Source: Candidatus Kerfeldbacteria bacterium RIFCSPLOWO2_02_FULL_42_19 (GTDB lineage Bacteria > Patescibacteriota > Patescibacteriia > HO2-48-17). Taken from it: a stretch of DNA of 64,000 nucleotides. A program made the position numbers and the translations under genes. Positions 17,357 through 26,352 of this stretch are shown one piece after another (position 1 is the first letter of the stretch; each line of letters opens with the position of its first letter). The stretch lies in the NCBI GenBank assembly GCA_001818315.1, contig MHKF01000018.1, positions 325 through 64,324 of the forward strand, in the 5' to 3' direction. The notes under the pieces were generated by a model. It saw only the letters and a list, made by a program, of their open reading frames with translations, did not search any database and was not told where the DNA came from.

Positions 17357-19264
17357 TTATTGTGCTACTTGGGTTGCCCAAAATGTAAGATTACCTGTGT
17401 GCGCTCCTGCTTCCTGAAAGTTTTCCGGTACATTTAAGCCGATGCGAATTTCTTGCTGATTTTGCTTTCCAAGTCGCATTTCAAATGCCGACCAGAGTAA
17501 GTCGTTCAGTTTTAGAAACTGTTTCATAAGATTTGATCCCTCGACCTCAGGATTTACATCGATGTTGACATTTCCGGTGTTATTGATAGTCATCTGCTGT
17601 AGGGGCGCTGATGATCCCGGGGTAAGTTCACCAAAATTGATCGGGCCGCCCGTGACGGTGATGGAAATTTCTGGTTCAGGTTCTGGCTCTTGATTCTCAT
17701 CTTCGTTGTCATCATTATCGTTATTTTCATTTCCATCTTCTTCATTATCTTCAGGATTGGGAATCACAACACTTGCTGCGAGCGTAATACTTTCTGAAGG
17801 CGTTCCGACCGCAAGTGTTTCCATTCGAGAACGTACCATGCTTTGTTTTTCTGCAAAGATTTTAACGCTTCCAGATTCGGTGGGTGTATATGCTACAGCG
17901 CCATCTGCGTGCGTTGTCAATGTGTCGGTATCTGCGTGAATCGTGACCCCTGGTTCGAACTGCCAAGCGCTGCCATTAAAAATTTCACTCCTTATTGTGA
18001 TAGGTTGTTTCGGTATCGTTTTATTTGGTTCGATCAAAACTCGGAGCGGTTTCCATGTTGATTCGCCGAAATACCAAAGTACTTCATCACTTTCTTTGAG
18101 TTGATGGGCAGGCGCCGGAACTGTTCCGGGAATCCACTTCACAAGATAGAGCCAACCGGTGAGGTCGTGCGCCGCATCGTCATTGATACGCCGCAAGTAG
18201 GTTCCATTGAAATCAAGTTCGTAGGTATATCCGCAGGAAGCTGCAGCGCTTGTGATAATCTCCATTGGTGTGCGGGCTTGGATGTGGCCGGTGCAAATAT
18301 TTTTGGTTGCCCCTTCAATACGAAAGGGGATGTCGATATTTGGCAGCTCTATTACGCGTGTTGGTAACTTTTTTTGTCCGAGTGCGAGCGTTGCGAACGC
18401 GGTGTTTGCTTTGATGCCTTGCGGAATAGTGCTGACTTTCCACCAAAAATCACCTTCGCGTGTTTGCATGCTTTGGATAAAATCCAAAGGTGTTCCGAGT
18501 TGCGCGCGCCAAGTCTCGATCGATTCTTCGAGTGTCACAAGTGCAAGGACGACCCACGAGGTACTATCGGTGTTTGGTTCAGTGTCTTGGAATCCTACGA
18601 AACCGCCGGTTCGGTGTTGCTTTGTCCGGAGGAAATTTTTTGCTGTCTGAAGACTTGCGTGATTTTTTGGGATGTTACTCGCCCGCAAAGCGATGATTGC
18701 AGCAGCGGTATTATCAACGTCGCTCTCACCTCCATCAATGAGTGGAAAGCCGCCGTCCTGATTTTGATGCTGCAGAAGTGTGTTTGTGATATTTTGCATG
18801 ATTGCATCGGTTGGTTCGATACCCGCTGCTCTCAGGGCTATCATACCCCAGACATCATCGTTCAAGAGTCGCTGATCGCCGATGTGAGCATGATGATAAT
18901 AGTTGTTGAGAAATTCTTGGATGAGATTACGATCAGGTAATTTGTTGCGCGGATCGAAACCGAAAGCGGTGAGGGTCAGGATTTTTCGTGCGTAATCTGT
19001 TGCTTGGGTTTGAGGGAAGTTCTGGAGGCCGATACGTGTGACCTCTTCATTGATACGTTGCGTTGCGTCCAATCCGGCGATAGTGAATAGCGTCCAATCT
19101 ACAGTTGATGCGCCCGCAGTTTCTATCCATTGCGGACGTTTGGTTTGATCAATAAGAAAATTCAGTGCCTGCTGTTTACTTTCTTCTAGAGATTCAGCAT
19201 GCACCTCGTGCGTGTTAAGCAATGTCAATCCGAGTATGGAAATGAAAATGAGTATTTTTTTCAT
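17357..19264 (-). CDS. Transcobalamin-like surface protein (alpha/alpha barrel + DUF4430 + Ig-like + WxL-like C-terminal domain)
   Basis: Signal MKKILIF; TDYARKIL, QNQDGGF, SDVDNTAAAIIAL, NTDSTSW barrel repeats; YLRRIN..GWLYLV..LKESDEVLWYF (DUF4430-like); acidic linker; INFG...GAHTGNLTFW end. Confidence 0.8.
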   Translation of the reverse strand: MKKILIFISILGLTLLNTHEVHAESLEESKQQALNFLIDQTKRPQWIETAGASTVDWTLFTIAGLDATQRINEEVTRIGLQNFPQTQATDYARKILTLTAFGFDPRNKLPDRNLIQEFLNNYYHHAHIGDQRLLNDDVWGMIALRAAGIEPTDAIMQNITNTLLQHQNQDGGFPLIDGGESDVDNTAAAIIALRASNIPKNHASLQTAKNFLRTKQHRTGGFVGFQDTEPNTDSTSWVVLALVTLEESIETWRAQLGTPLDFIQSMQTREGDFWWKVSTIPQGIKANTAFATLALGQKKLPTRVIELPNIDIPFRIEGATKNICTGHIQARTPMEIITSAAASCGYTYELDFNGTYLRRINDDAAHDLTGWLYLVKWIPGTVPAPAHQLKESDEVLWYFGESTWKPLRVLIEPNKTIPKQPITIRSEIFNGSAWQFEPGVTIHADTDTLTTHADGAVAYTPTESGSVKIFAEKQSMVRSRMETLAVGTPSESITLAASVVIPNPEDNEEDGNENNDNDDNEDENQEPEPEPEISITVTGGPINFGELTPGSSAPLQQMTINNTGNVNIDVNPEVEGSNLMKQFLKLNDLLWSAFEMRLGKQNQQEIRIGLNVPENFQEAGAHTGNLTFWATQVAQ

Positions 19265-19338
19265 AGGAAATTTTGAGAAGTTTTCTGAAGAGCGTCGCTT
19301 TTTTTGCAACGCTCTCCTTAAAAATCCCGTTTGTGCTT

Positions 19339-19734
19339 TTAACATGGCGACTGTGAGACTGTGAAAGTCTCTATAATGATTTCCCCAGTCATGAAATCGC
19401 GCCATTCGATAGTATCCCCCTCGTACACTTCTACTTCCTCTACCGGAATTTGTTCTTGCACGTTATTGAGGAAATAAACCAAATTCGTTGATTTATATTC
19501 ACCAAGTCCTACGACTTTTCTGCCGCATGGCGAAGTCCAAAATTCTTCGGTGATCGCGATTCGTTCGACCGTGACGTCCGCTACAGTTCGTGATTGTGGA
19601 GTAGGGCATGTTTCGTTACCGAGGAGTACTCCCAATGATGTAAGGCAGACATGTAAGAATCCTCTTCTTTTCATGTTTCCTTGAATACCTTGGCGGTCGT
19701 TTCTTCCATCATGCATCTGCTGTCTTTTTTGCAT
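19339..19734 (-). CDS. Stand-alone DUF4430 (transcobalamin beta-domain-like) protein
   Basis: VVGLG..LVYFLNN..VYEGDTIEWR; KRRGFL twin-Arg-like signal; AAGGAG SD (alternative start 19674). Confidence 0.7.
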   Translation of the reverse strand: MQKRQQMHDGRNDRQGIQGNMKRRGFLHVCLTSLGVLLGNETCPTPQSRTVADVTVERIAITEEFWTSPCGRKVVGLGEYKSTNLVYFLNNVQEQIPVEEVEVYEGDTIEWRDFMTGEIIIETFTVSQSPC

Positions 19735-19760
19735 TTTTTTTCACTCCTTTTGTGAAAATG

Positions 19761-19781
19761 AAAAACCGCCTTGGCGGCGGC
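19761..19781 (-). terminator. Riboswitch-controlled intrinsic terminator
   Basis: GCCGCC-GCCAA-GGCGGU-UUUU on the minus strand. Confidence 0.75.
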
Positions 19782-19876
19782 ATCACTGTTTCCATTTTTT
19801 GAGAGACAATTTCGTTCGATTTATACAGGATGTTTCTTGCCGCCCTCCATTCCACGAGAGGGGGAAGTTTTATGAG

Positions 19877-19996
19877 TCACAAGATCAAGTGTCTGGCTTA
19901 TACTCGGGGCATCGCAAAGTTACTCGCCGAATATTTACAGTTGCGGGACAGCGGGGGAATTACACCCACCTTCCTTTTTCTTGAGACTGTTTGTGA
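19877..19996 (-). ncRNA. Cobalamin (B12) riboswitch
   Basis: Minus strand AGGAA-GGUGGGUGUAAUUCCCCC-GCUGUCCCGCAACUGUAA ... AUAUUCGG/CCGAGUAU ... AAGCCAGACAC (B12 box), closed by UCACAA/UUGUGA. Confidence 0.9.
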
Positions 19997-20010
19997 AGGA
20001 CGTTATTTAC

Positions 20011-20040
20011 ACTGTATCATGAAGTATTGAACCGAGGCAA
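20011..20040 (-). promoter_or_regulatory. Putative promoter of the riboswitch operon
   Basis: TTGCCT-18-TACAGT with a TG extension. Confidence 0.4.
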
Positions 20041-20042
20041 AT

Positions 20043-20204
20043 GGGACTGTCGCCGACTACCCTTTCTTATGCAATGTACAAAACAAAAGAGGAGGATAAC
20101 TCTCCTTTCTCAGCACACTGTGCAGTGTCAGTGCTTCGAAAGCGAGAGTTATCCTCCTCTTTTGTTTTGTGTTTTGAACAAGAAATACATTCGGTGACAG
20201 TTCC
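20043..20204. repeat. Palindromic MITE-like element, core-bearing, core reversed
   Basis: GGGACTGTCGCCGA...TCGGTGACAGTTCC; AAAT on both flanks. Confidence 0.85.
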
Positions 20205-20314
20205 AAATACATGGACGCGACGCCGATTTCGAAAAAGTATTTTTGTCACTGGAATATGAGTATGATACAATATTTGTGGAACGCTTATGTTCCAAGGTTC
20301 GAAAGGAGGTTATC

Positions 20315-20536
20315 ATGTATAGTCGTGACATTCAAGATCCTTGTCGGCTAGAAATTCAATGTCCGCAGTGCGAAAAAATGAACAGTTTATCTATCAAGAG
20401 GAGGGAAGATAATGTGTTCGATTTTTACTCACGTTACTGTTGGTCCTGTCGTAGTCTGTTTCCAGACGCACTTTTGGATGCATTACTGGTCGAATGTCTC
20501 GCGCTTCTTTTTCGTAAGACGACTCACGCTGTTTAG
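20315..20536 (+). CDS. Small Zn-ribbon protein
   Basis: AAGGAGGT SD; CPQC and CWSC. Confidence 0.65.
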   Translation: MYSRDIQDPCRLEIQCPQCEKMNSLSIKRREDNVFDFYSRYCWSCRSLFPDALLDALLVECLALLFRKTTHAV

Positions 20537-20611
20537 GCGAGGTTTGTGCAAGAACATTTTTGTAACTGGAGGGCTTGAATAGCTTTCCAGTTGCCTTTTT
20601 CAGAAGCCTAT

Positions 20612-22843
20612 ATGTCTTCTTTTCCATCATGGTATCGTCATTCTTCATTTGCAGCATTTGTAGTCGTTATTCTGGTCGGGATTATTGGCGTAGGCATTTT
20701 TGTGTTGCAACAATTTGGAGTATTGAAAAATTTTACACAAACATGGTCACGCAGTGCTTCTGTTGAACTCAATCAACCTATCGTGGAACACATTCAACAA
20801 CAAGGCGCTTTGAAGAAATTTTCGAGTTCCAAAGAATTACTCGCGTTTTTAGAGAAGCATTCCCGGAGCACGCCGCTGCTTCCAACAAACGTCCTCGCGC
20901 CTACACCTCTTGGTTTTGGTGATGGATTTGGGGGTGCAGTAGAAGACATTGCTTCCGTCCCAGCATATTCTCCGACGAATATTCAAGTACCCGGTGTCGA
21001 TGAAGCGGATATTATCAAAACAGATGGGAAATATATATACGTCGTTGTCGATCAGAATCTTTATATCGTCGAAGCGTATCCTCCTGAACAAGCCAAAATT
21101 GTCGCACGGATTTTTTTTGAAGGCGTGCCGAAAGAATTGTATATCCAGGACAATTTTCTTGCTGTATATGGTTTGGATTGGACCCCGTTAGATCAAGAAA
21201 TTTCTTTGAATCGCGCTTCTGAATTCACTTTTTTTCAAGTTTTTGACATTCAGGATAAGTCCAATCCGAAAAAAATTCGTGATCTTTCTTTTGAAGGTAC
21301 ATTTTTTACATCACGACGCGTTGGAGATTATGTGTATCTTGTTGTACAGCAATATGATGTCAACCCTGATCCCGTCATGCCTATTCCGTATGTTTTGGAA
21401 AACGGGAAAGCGCTTTCGACAGATTCCACAGTTTCGCCTTGCAATTGCCCTGATGTTTTTTACTTCGATAGTCCCTATAATTTTTATCAGTTTACAACGA
21501 TTGCGGTTGTCAATATGCGCAAGTACGAAGAAGTTTTTCAGCATCAGGTTTACCTTCTACCGGGCGCGACCTCTCCGTACGTTTCCAAAGACGCTCTGTA
21601 TTTGACGTATACCAAATATATTGAACCTGATGAGTTGAGTTTTGAGGTCTTGATGGAGCGCATGTTTGATCGTTTGAGTCAAGATGCGAAAAATACTGTT
21701 TGGAATATTGAGCGTGTCGATGAGATGATTCTTTCGACTCAAGAAAAACGTTGGAAAATTTTGGAAGTATTCGGAAAATTCCGAGCGAGTCTTACGGGCG
21801 AGGAACGCACGCGTTACGACGACGAAGTCACCGCTGGTTTGAAGGCGAAGTACAAGGAAATTAGTGATAAGCTCGAAGTGACTGTGATTCATAAATTTAA
21901 GCTCGATAGCGCACGTGTTGTTTCGGTTGGCGTGGCGGAGGTGACTGGACGGGTGAATGATCAGTTTTCTATGGATGAGTCTGGCGGGTATTTTCGCATT
22001 GCGACCACAAAGGGTCCATTTTTTGCGGAATTTGTTGAAGATCCGCAGCGAACTTCGTGGAGTAATGTGTATGTGTTGGATGAAAAAATGAAAGTTGTCG
22101 GTCGCCTGGAGGGCCTCGCGAAGGGTGAAAGTATTTTTGCATCGCGTTTCTTAGGCAATCGTGTGTATCTTGTTACGTTTGAGCAAATGGATCCTCTCTT
22201 TGCGATTGATCTTTCGGATCCACGTCAACCTACCTTACTTGGGGAATTAAAACTTCCTGGATTTTCCACCTATCTTCATCCTTACAATGAAAATATCCTC
22301 ATCGGACTTGGTCATGAAACGAGCTTGGGGGAAAGCGACGCAGTAAATGTCGAGGGCCTGAAAGTTTCATTGTTTGATGTGTCGAATGTTCAAGAGTTAC
22401 GCGAGATTGATAGCTATGTGATCGGAGGTGTTGGAAGTGATTCTGAAGCATTGCGCGAACACAAAGCTTTTCTTTTCTCGAAGGAAAAGAATCTTCTCGT
22501 GTTTCCAGCACAACTGCAAAAAGTTGACTCTTCTGATTACGAACCTGTATTCGAGTTTTTAGGAGCGCTTGTATTTAATATCAATGAAAACGGAATTGAA
22601 TTGCGTGAACGTGTGAATCATAGCTTCAATCCCATATCCAATGATCCTGCGCTTACCCCTTCTGATTTTACAACTTCCATTACACGTAGCCTTTTTATCG
22701 ATGATGTGCTCTATACTTTTTCTGCTACTATGTTACAGGCTCATTCTTTAGATGATGTGTCGGAAAAAGCTCGTGTGCAGTTTCCTTCGGCTTTTGTGCC
22801 ATCACAGTTTCCTGAACCAGAAGAAATTCCTTCGAGTTTATGA
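20612..22843 (+). CDS. Secreted beta-propeller domain protein (Beta_propel family)
   Basis: YSPTNIQVPGVDEADIIKTDG, DQFSMDE, FRIATT, VTFEQMDPLF, GELKLPGFSTYLHP. Confidence 0.92.
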   Translation: MSSFPSWYRHSSFAAFVVVILVGIIGVGIFVLQQFGVLKNFTQTWSRSASVELNQPIVEHIQQQGALKKFSSSKELLAFLEKHSRSTPLLPTNVLAPTPLGFGDGFGGAVEDIASVPAYSPTNIQVPGVDEADIIKTDGKYIYVVVDQNLYIVEAYPPEQAKIVARIFFEGVPKELYIQDNFLAVYGLDWTPLDQEISLNRASEFTFFQVFDIQDKSNPKKIRDLSFEGTFFTSRRVGDYVYLVVQQYDVNPDPVMPIPYVLENGKALSTDSTVSPCNCPDVFYFDSPYNFYQFTTIAVVNMRKYEEVFQHQVYLLPGATSPYVSKDALYLTYTKYIEPDELSFEVLMERMFDRLSQDAKNTVWNIERVDEMILSTQEKRWKILEVFGKFRASLTGEERTRYDDEVTAGLKAKYKEISDKLEVTVIHKFKLDSARVVSVGVAEVTGRVNDQFSMDESGGYFRIATTKGPFFAEFVEDPQRTSWSNVYVLDEKMKVVGRLEGLAKGESIFASRFLGNRVYLVTFEQMDPLFAIDLSDPRQPTLLGELKLPGFSTYLHPYNENILIGLGHETSLGESDAVNVEGLKVSLFDVSNVQELREIDSYVIGGVGSDSEALREHKAFLFSKEKNLLVFPAQLQKVDSSDYEPVFEFLGALVFNINENGIELRERVNHSFNPISNDPALTPSDFTTSITRSLFIDDVLYTFSATMLQAHSLDDVSEKARVQFPSAFVPSQFPEPEEIPSSL

Positions 22844-23571
22844 CGGATGCGACTGCCGCTCCTATTCATATTCCGCCTCGTAAGCCACGTACTCCACAGG
22901 CGAAATATATTCGGAGTATTGTGTACGGAGGTCTTGACGGTACGATTACAACTTTTGCAATTGTCGCTGGAGTCTCGGGTGCTCACCTGTCGTCTCAAAT
23001 ACTGCTCATTCTTGGTGTTGCGAATTTGATTGCTGACGGAGTTTCGATGGCCTTTGGAGATTTCTTGAGCACAGCAGCCGAACAGGAATATCGTGATGCC
23101 GAACGTCGTTACGAAGCGTGGGAACTGTATCACCGGCCCGAGCATGAGAAAAAAGAAATCATTACTTTTTATCGTGAGAAGGGGATGTCGAAAAAGGATG
23201 CGCAACAACTTGCAGATATTTTTTTCAAATATCCACAAAGTACGTTAGATCTTATGATGATCGAAGAGCACGGAATTTTACCGAATCAAGCATCGGCGTG
23301 GAAGAACGCTCTTTATACTTTTGGCGCTTTTGTCGTTTTTGGTTTTGTTCCCGTCCTCACATATGTGATCGATTTTTTTGCACATGATGTTGTGTATACA
23401 TTTTTTATAGCGAGTATGTTGACGGGTATCACTTTATTTGTCCTTGGCGCGCTCAAAACAAGAATCACCGGCGTTGCTTGGTTTCGTGCGGGACTCAAAA
23501 TGTTATTGGTTGGAGGATTTGCTGCAGCGCTTTCCTATAGCATCGGTGCTTTATTAGCAATGTTGCTATGA
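22840..23571 (+). CDS. VIT1/CCC1 Fe/Mn transporter family protein
   Basis: VYGGLDG, ANLIADGVSMAFGDFLS, MMIEE. Confidence 0.92.
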   Translation: MTDATAAPIHIPPRKPRTPQAKYIRSIVYGGLDGTITTFAIVAGVSGAHLSSQILLILGVANLIADGVSMAFGDFLSTAAEQEYRDAERRYEAWELYHRPEHEKKEIITFYREKGMSKKDAQQLADIFFKYPQSTLDLMMIEEHGILPNQASAWKNALYTFGAFVVFGFVPVLTYVIDFFAHDVVYTFFIASMLTGITLFVLGALKTRITGVAWFRAGLKMLLVGGFAAALSYSIGALLAMLL

Positions 23572-23864
23572 TGATATTCGGCAACAGCTTTAAGATATTT
23601 CAAAAAATTTCGTTGCGATTTGTTCTGCGCGGCTGTTTGTTTTTTTTGCTGGTGATATTCTTCGCCTCTGGTTGTGTACGTACGTTTTTACCTGATTCGA
23701 ATCAAACCGGTTCTGGTAATGCAAATGTTGTTGCCAATACAAATAACGCCGCTGCGAATACTAACGCGACAGTCGTTTGTCTGACCGATGTTCGGCAGTG
23801 TCCTGACGGTTCTTTTGTGCCTCGTTTGCCACCAACCTGTGCTTTTGCGCCGTGTCCAGAGTAG
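23568..23864 (+). CDS. Small lipoprotein with a C-terminal CxxDxxxCPDGS..C..APCP motif
   Basis: ASGC lipobox, Asn/Ala linker, 4-Cys module. Confidence 0.75.
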   Translation: MMIFGNSFKIFQKISLRFVLRGCLFFLLVIFFASGCVRTFLPDSNQTGSGNANVVANTNNAAANTNATVVCLTDVRQCPDGSFVPRLPPTCAFAPCPE

Positions 23865-23885
23865 TACAACATGTACCTTCTCTTA

Positions 23886-24070
23886 AAGACTGTCGCCGCA
23901 TACGCTTTTGTTTGTAAAAATATATTTGATCATAGAAAAAAGAGGAGGAAGACTATAACTTTCGAAGTACTAACAATACACAGTGTGCTGAGAAAGGAGA
24001 GTCTTCCTCCTCTTTTTTCTTTAAATAAACTTCACTTTTCAAATACAAGAGCGCATTCGGCAACAGCCCT
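23886..24070. repeat. Palindromic MITE-like element, direct-repeat copy 1
   Basis: 185 bp, nearly identical internally to 24866-25050. Confidence 0.9.
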
Positions 24071-24788
24071 AGAGTTGAATCACTTTCATTAATTCCTTGA
24101 ACCAGAGGGCATACCCCGCACTGCTCGGATGCAAACCGTCAGGCGCATAGAATTTTTGTGGCTTTTGTGCAAACGGATCATTCGTTCTCTCGTGCAACAG
24201 ATCCACAAAAATCACTGCGTTTTCCTGCGCCTGCTTGGATAAGACGTCGCGTACTTTTTTTGATCGTCTTTCAAATAACCAGCGGACTGCCTGCGGAATC
24301 ATCGGCGCGGATCCAAGATTTCCTGCTGGCATGAGGATGACAGCACGACTTCGCTTTTTACTTTCTTCAAGTATTGTATTTGTATCATCTGTGAGATTTT
24401 GGAGATTGGTAAAATGCAACGCGTCGTTTCCACCGAGCATCACCATGAGGATATCGTATGATTCTTTTATTTGTGTAATGCTTTGCAATCCGTCGTGTAT
24501 TCGATCGCCGCTCGTTGAAAAATTGGTAATTTCTGCTTCCGGAAAGATGTTGCCTAGTCGTCCGGCTATTGAATCGGACGGACTGTTTGAACCTATCCCA
24601 ATGCCGGTACTGTCACCGATGATGAGTATACGAAGCGTTGGTTGCTTCAGTTTTTGTTCGTAGGGTAGCGTTCTTGCGATGAGAATTTTAGAAATTGTTG
24701 CGAATTTTTTTACTTTGACGATTTCTAATGTTGTAATTGCGATCGCAACAACCGCAAGGCCTAATATCAGATATCGAAAAATTTTCAT
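24069..24788 (-). CDS. SGNH/GDSL hydrolase, N-terminally anchored
   Basis: IGDSTG, GGND, DGLHPS; ATG 24788. Confidence 0.9.
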   Translation of the reverse strand: MKIFRYLILGLAVVAIAITTLEIVKVKKFATISKILIARTLPYEQKLKQPTLRILIIGDSTGIGIGSNSPSDSIAGRLGNIFPEAEITNFSTSGDRIHDGLQSITQIKESYDILMVMLGGNDALHFTNLQNLTDDTNTILEESKKRSRAVILMPAGNLGSAPMIPQAVRWLFERRSKKVRDVLSKQAQENAVIFVDLLHERTNDPFAQKPQKFYAPDGLHPSSAGYALWFKELMKVIQL

Positions 24789-24865
24789 ACATTTTGTATA
24801 GACTTGTTCTTGCAAAATTTTTTGTGCCTGTATTATATCACAAGTACGCCGAGGCTTTGTTTTTG

Positions 24866-25050
24866 TGGGCTTTCGCCACATACGCTTTTGTTTGTAAAAA
24901 TATATTTGATCATAGAAAAAAGAGGAGGAAGACTATAACTTTCGAAGTACTAACAATACACAGTGTGCTGAGAAAGGAGAGTCTTCCTCCTCTTTTTTCT
25001 TTAAATAAACTTCATTTTTCAAATACAAAAGCGTATGCGGCCACAGCCCC
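24866..25050. repeat. Palindromic MITE-like element, direct-repeat copy 2
   Basis: Offset exactly 980 bp from copy 1. Confidence 0.9.
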
Positions 25051-25123
25051 CTGAAAATGCCTTTGTTGCTTCGACAGTTTGTGTTATACTGACACAATTC
25101 TTTCGATTATTCATTTTTGTTTT

Positions 25124-26236
25124 ATGTTTTCTGCGAGACTCAAGGTTCTGCAAAAAATGCTGCGTGATCGAAATGCGCAAGCTTTTTTTATTACCAATCC
25201 TGTACATATTTTTTATTGCACCGGTTTTGTTGGTCTTGTGCCGACCGAACGCGAATCAACACTTCTTGTCACGGTTGAAGATATCTTTCTGTATGTACCT
25301 GCGATGTATGAAACACAGGCGCGAGCGTGTTCGACAGTGCAGGGAGGTCTTGTGCAACTTTCTGTTGCGCGTGAACGCGACGGTCTTTTGAAGCTCTTCG
25401 CTGCGGATGTAGCGCAACACTCCAGTATTTTATTCGAAAGTAACAATCTGAGTGTCGCGGAGTGGAAGCGAATGGAAAACTATGCCCAGCTGCGATTAGT
25501 TCCAGAAGACGGTTTTTTAGAAAATATGCGCCTTCTTAAAGATCAGCAGGAACTTGAGGTATTGCGCACGGCGGTTCGTATCGGTGACGAAGTCTTTCAA
25601 GACACCGTACATTTTTTGCAGCGCAATAATTATACGCAGCTTTTTGAATTTGATATCGCGCAGATGCTTTTGACTTTTGGGCGCAAACGCGGTGCCGATA
25701 GTTTTAGTTTTGATCCGATTGTTGCCGTTGGTTCAGGAAGTGCTGAACCACACTATTTTACTGGCGCAAAAAAATTACAAAAAGGATTGCCGCTCTTACT
25801 TGATTTTGGGTTTCGCTATAAAGGGTATTGTTCAGATCTCACTCGTACGGTGTATCTTGGCAAAGCGTCTGAACGTTTTCGGCAAATGTATGGATTTGTT
25901 TTAGCATCTAATCAAGTAGGTATCTCCAGTTGTAAGTCTCACGTGACTACTAGGAGTGTGTATGATGCTGCTAATCGTGTTTTTCAAGAACAGCGTCTTG
26001 AAAAACATTTTATTCACGGTCTTGGACACGGTATTGGTTTGCAAGTTCATGAACCGCCTTATGCGCGTGCGGATATGGATACTGTTCTTGCTCCTGGTAT
26101 GACGTTGACTATTGAACCCGGTCTTTATTTTGAGAAAGAATTTGGTATTCGCATTGAAGATCTTACGGTCATAACTTCGAATGGATGCGAAGTGCTGTCT
26201 ACTCGGAGTGAGAAACACTTGATTGAGATTATTTAA
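25124..26236 (+). CDS. Xaa-Pro peptidase (M24B)
   Basis: DFG..GYCSDLTRT, HGLGHGIGLQVHE, TIEPGLY, GIRIED. Confidence 0.93.
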   Translation: MFSARLKVLQKMLRDRNAQAFFITNPVHIFYCTGFVGLVPTERESTLLVTVEDIFLYVPAMYETQARACSTVQGGLVQLSVARERDGLLKLFAADVAQHSSILFESNNLSVAEWKRMENYAQLRLVPEDGFLENMRLLKDQQELEVLRTAVRIGDEVFQDTVHFLQRNNYTQLFEFDIAQMLLTFGRKRGADSFSFDPIVAVGSGSAEPHYFTGAKKLQKGLPLLLDFGFRYKGYCSDLTRTVYLGKASERFRQMYGFVLASNQVGISSCKSHVTTRSVYDAANRVFQEQRLEKHFIHGLGHGIGLQVHEPPYARADMDTVLAPGMTLTIEPGLYFEKEFGIRIEDLTVITSNGCEVLSTRSEKHLIEII

Positions 26237-26237
26237 T

Positions 26238-26352
26238 GGGACTGTCGCCGAATACCATAGCTTATTTTAGTCAAATAAACCTCCTCGCTTTTCAATTTTT
26301 TCGCTCAAAATTTTCATTTTTCACAGACGAAAGCGTATTCGGCGACAGTCCC
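26238..26352. repeat. Palindromic MITE-like element, core-less, perfect 18-bp terminal IR
   Basis: GGGACTGTCGCCGAATAC / GTATTCGGCGACAGTCCC. Confidence 0.9.

Noticed and set aside
19265-19405. Longer start (19405) for the transcobalamin-like gene
   Set aside because: Overlaps the upstream gene; a clear signal peptide begins at ATG 19264
19799-20030. Short plus-strand ORFs (61 and 66 aa)
   Set aside because: Antisense to the cobalamin riboswitch, with no protein features
20041-20331. Short ORFs here and at 23871, 24737 and 42070
   Set aside because: Translations of the palindromic repeat family
23886-25050. CRISPR array or integron attC sites
   Set aside because: Repeats are long and dispersed rather than regularly spaced 25-45-mers; no cas or intI genes and no RYYYAAC/GTTRRRY boxes
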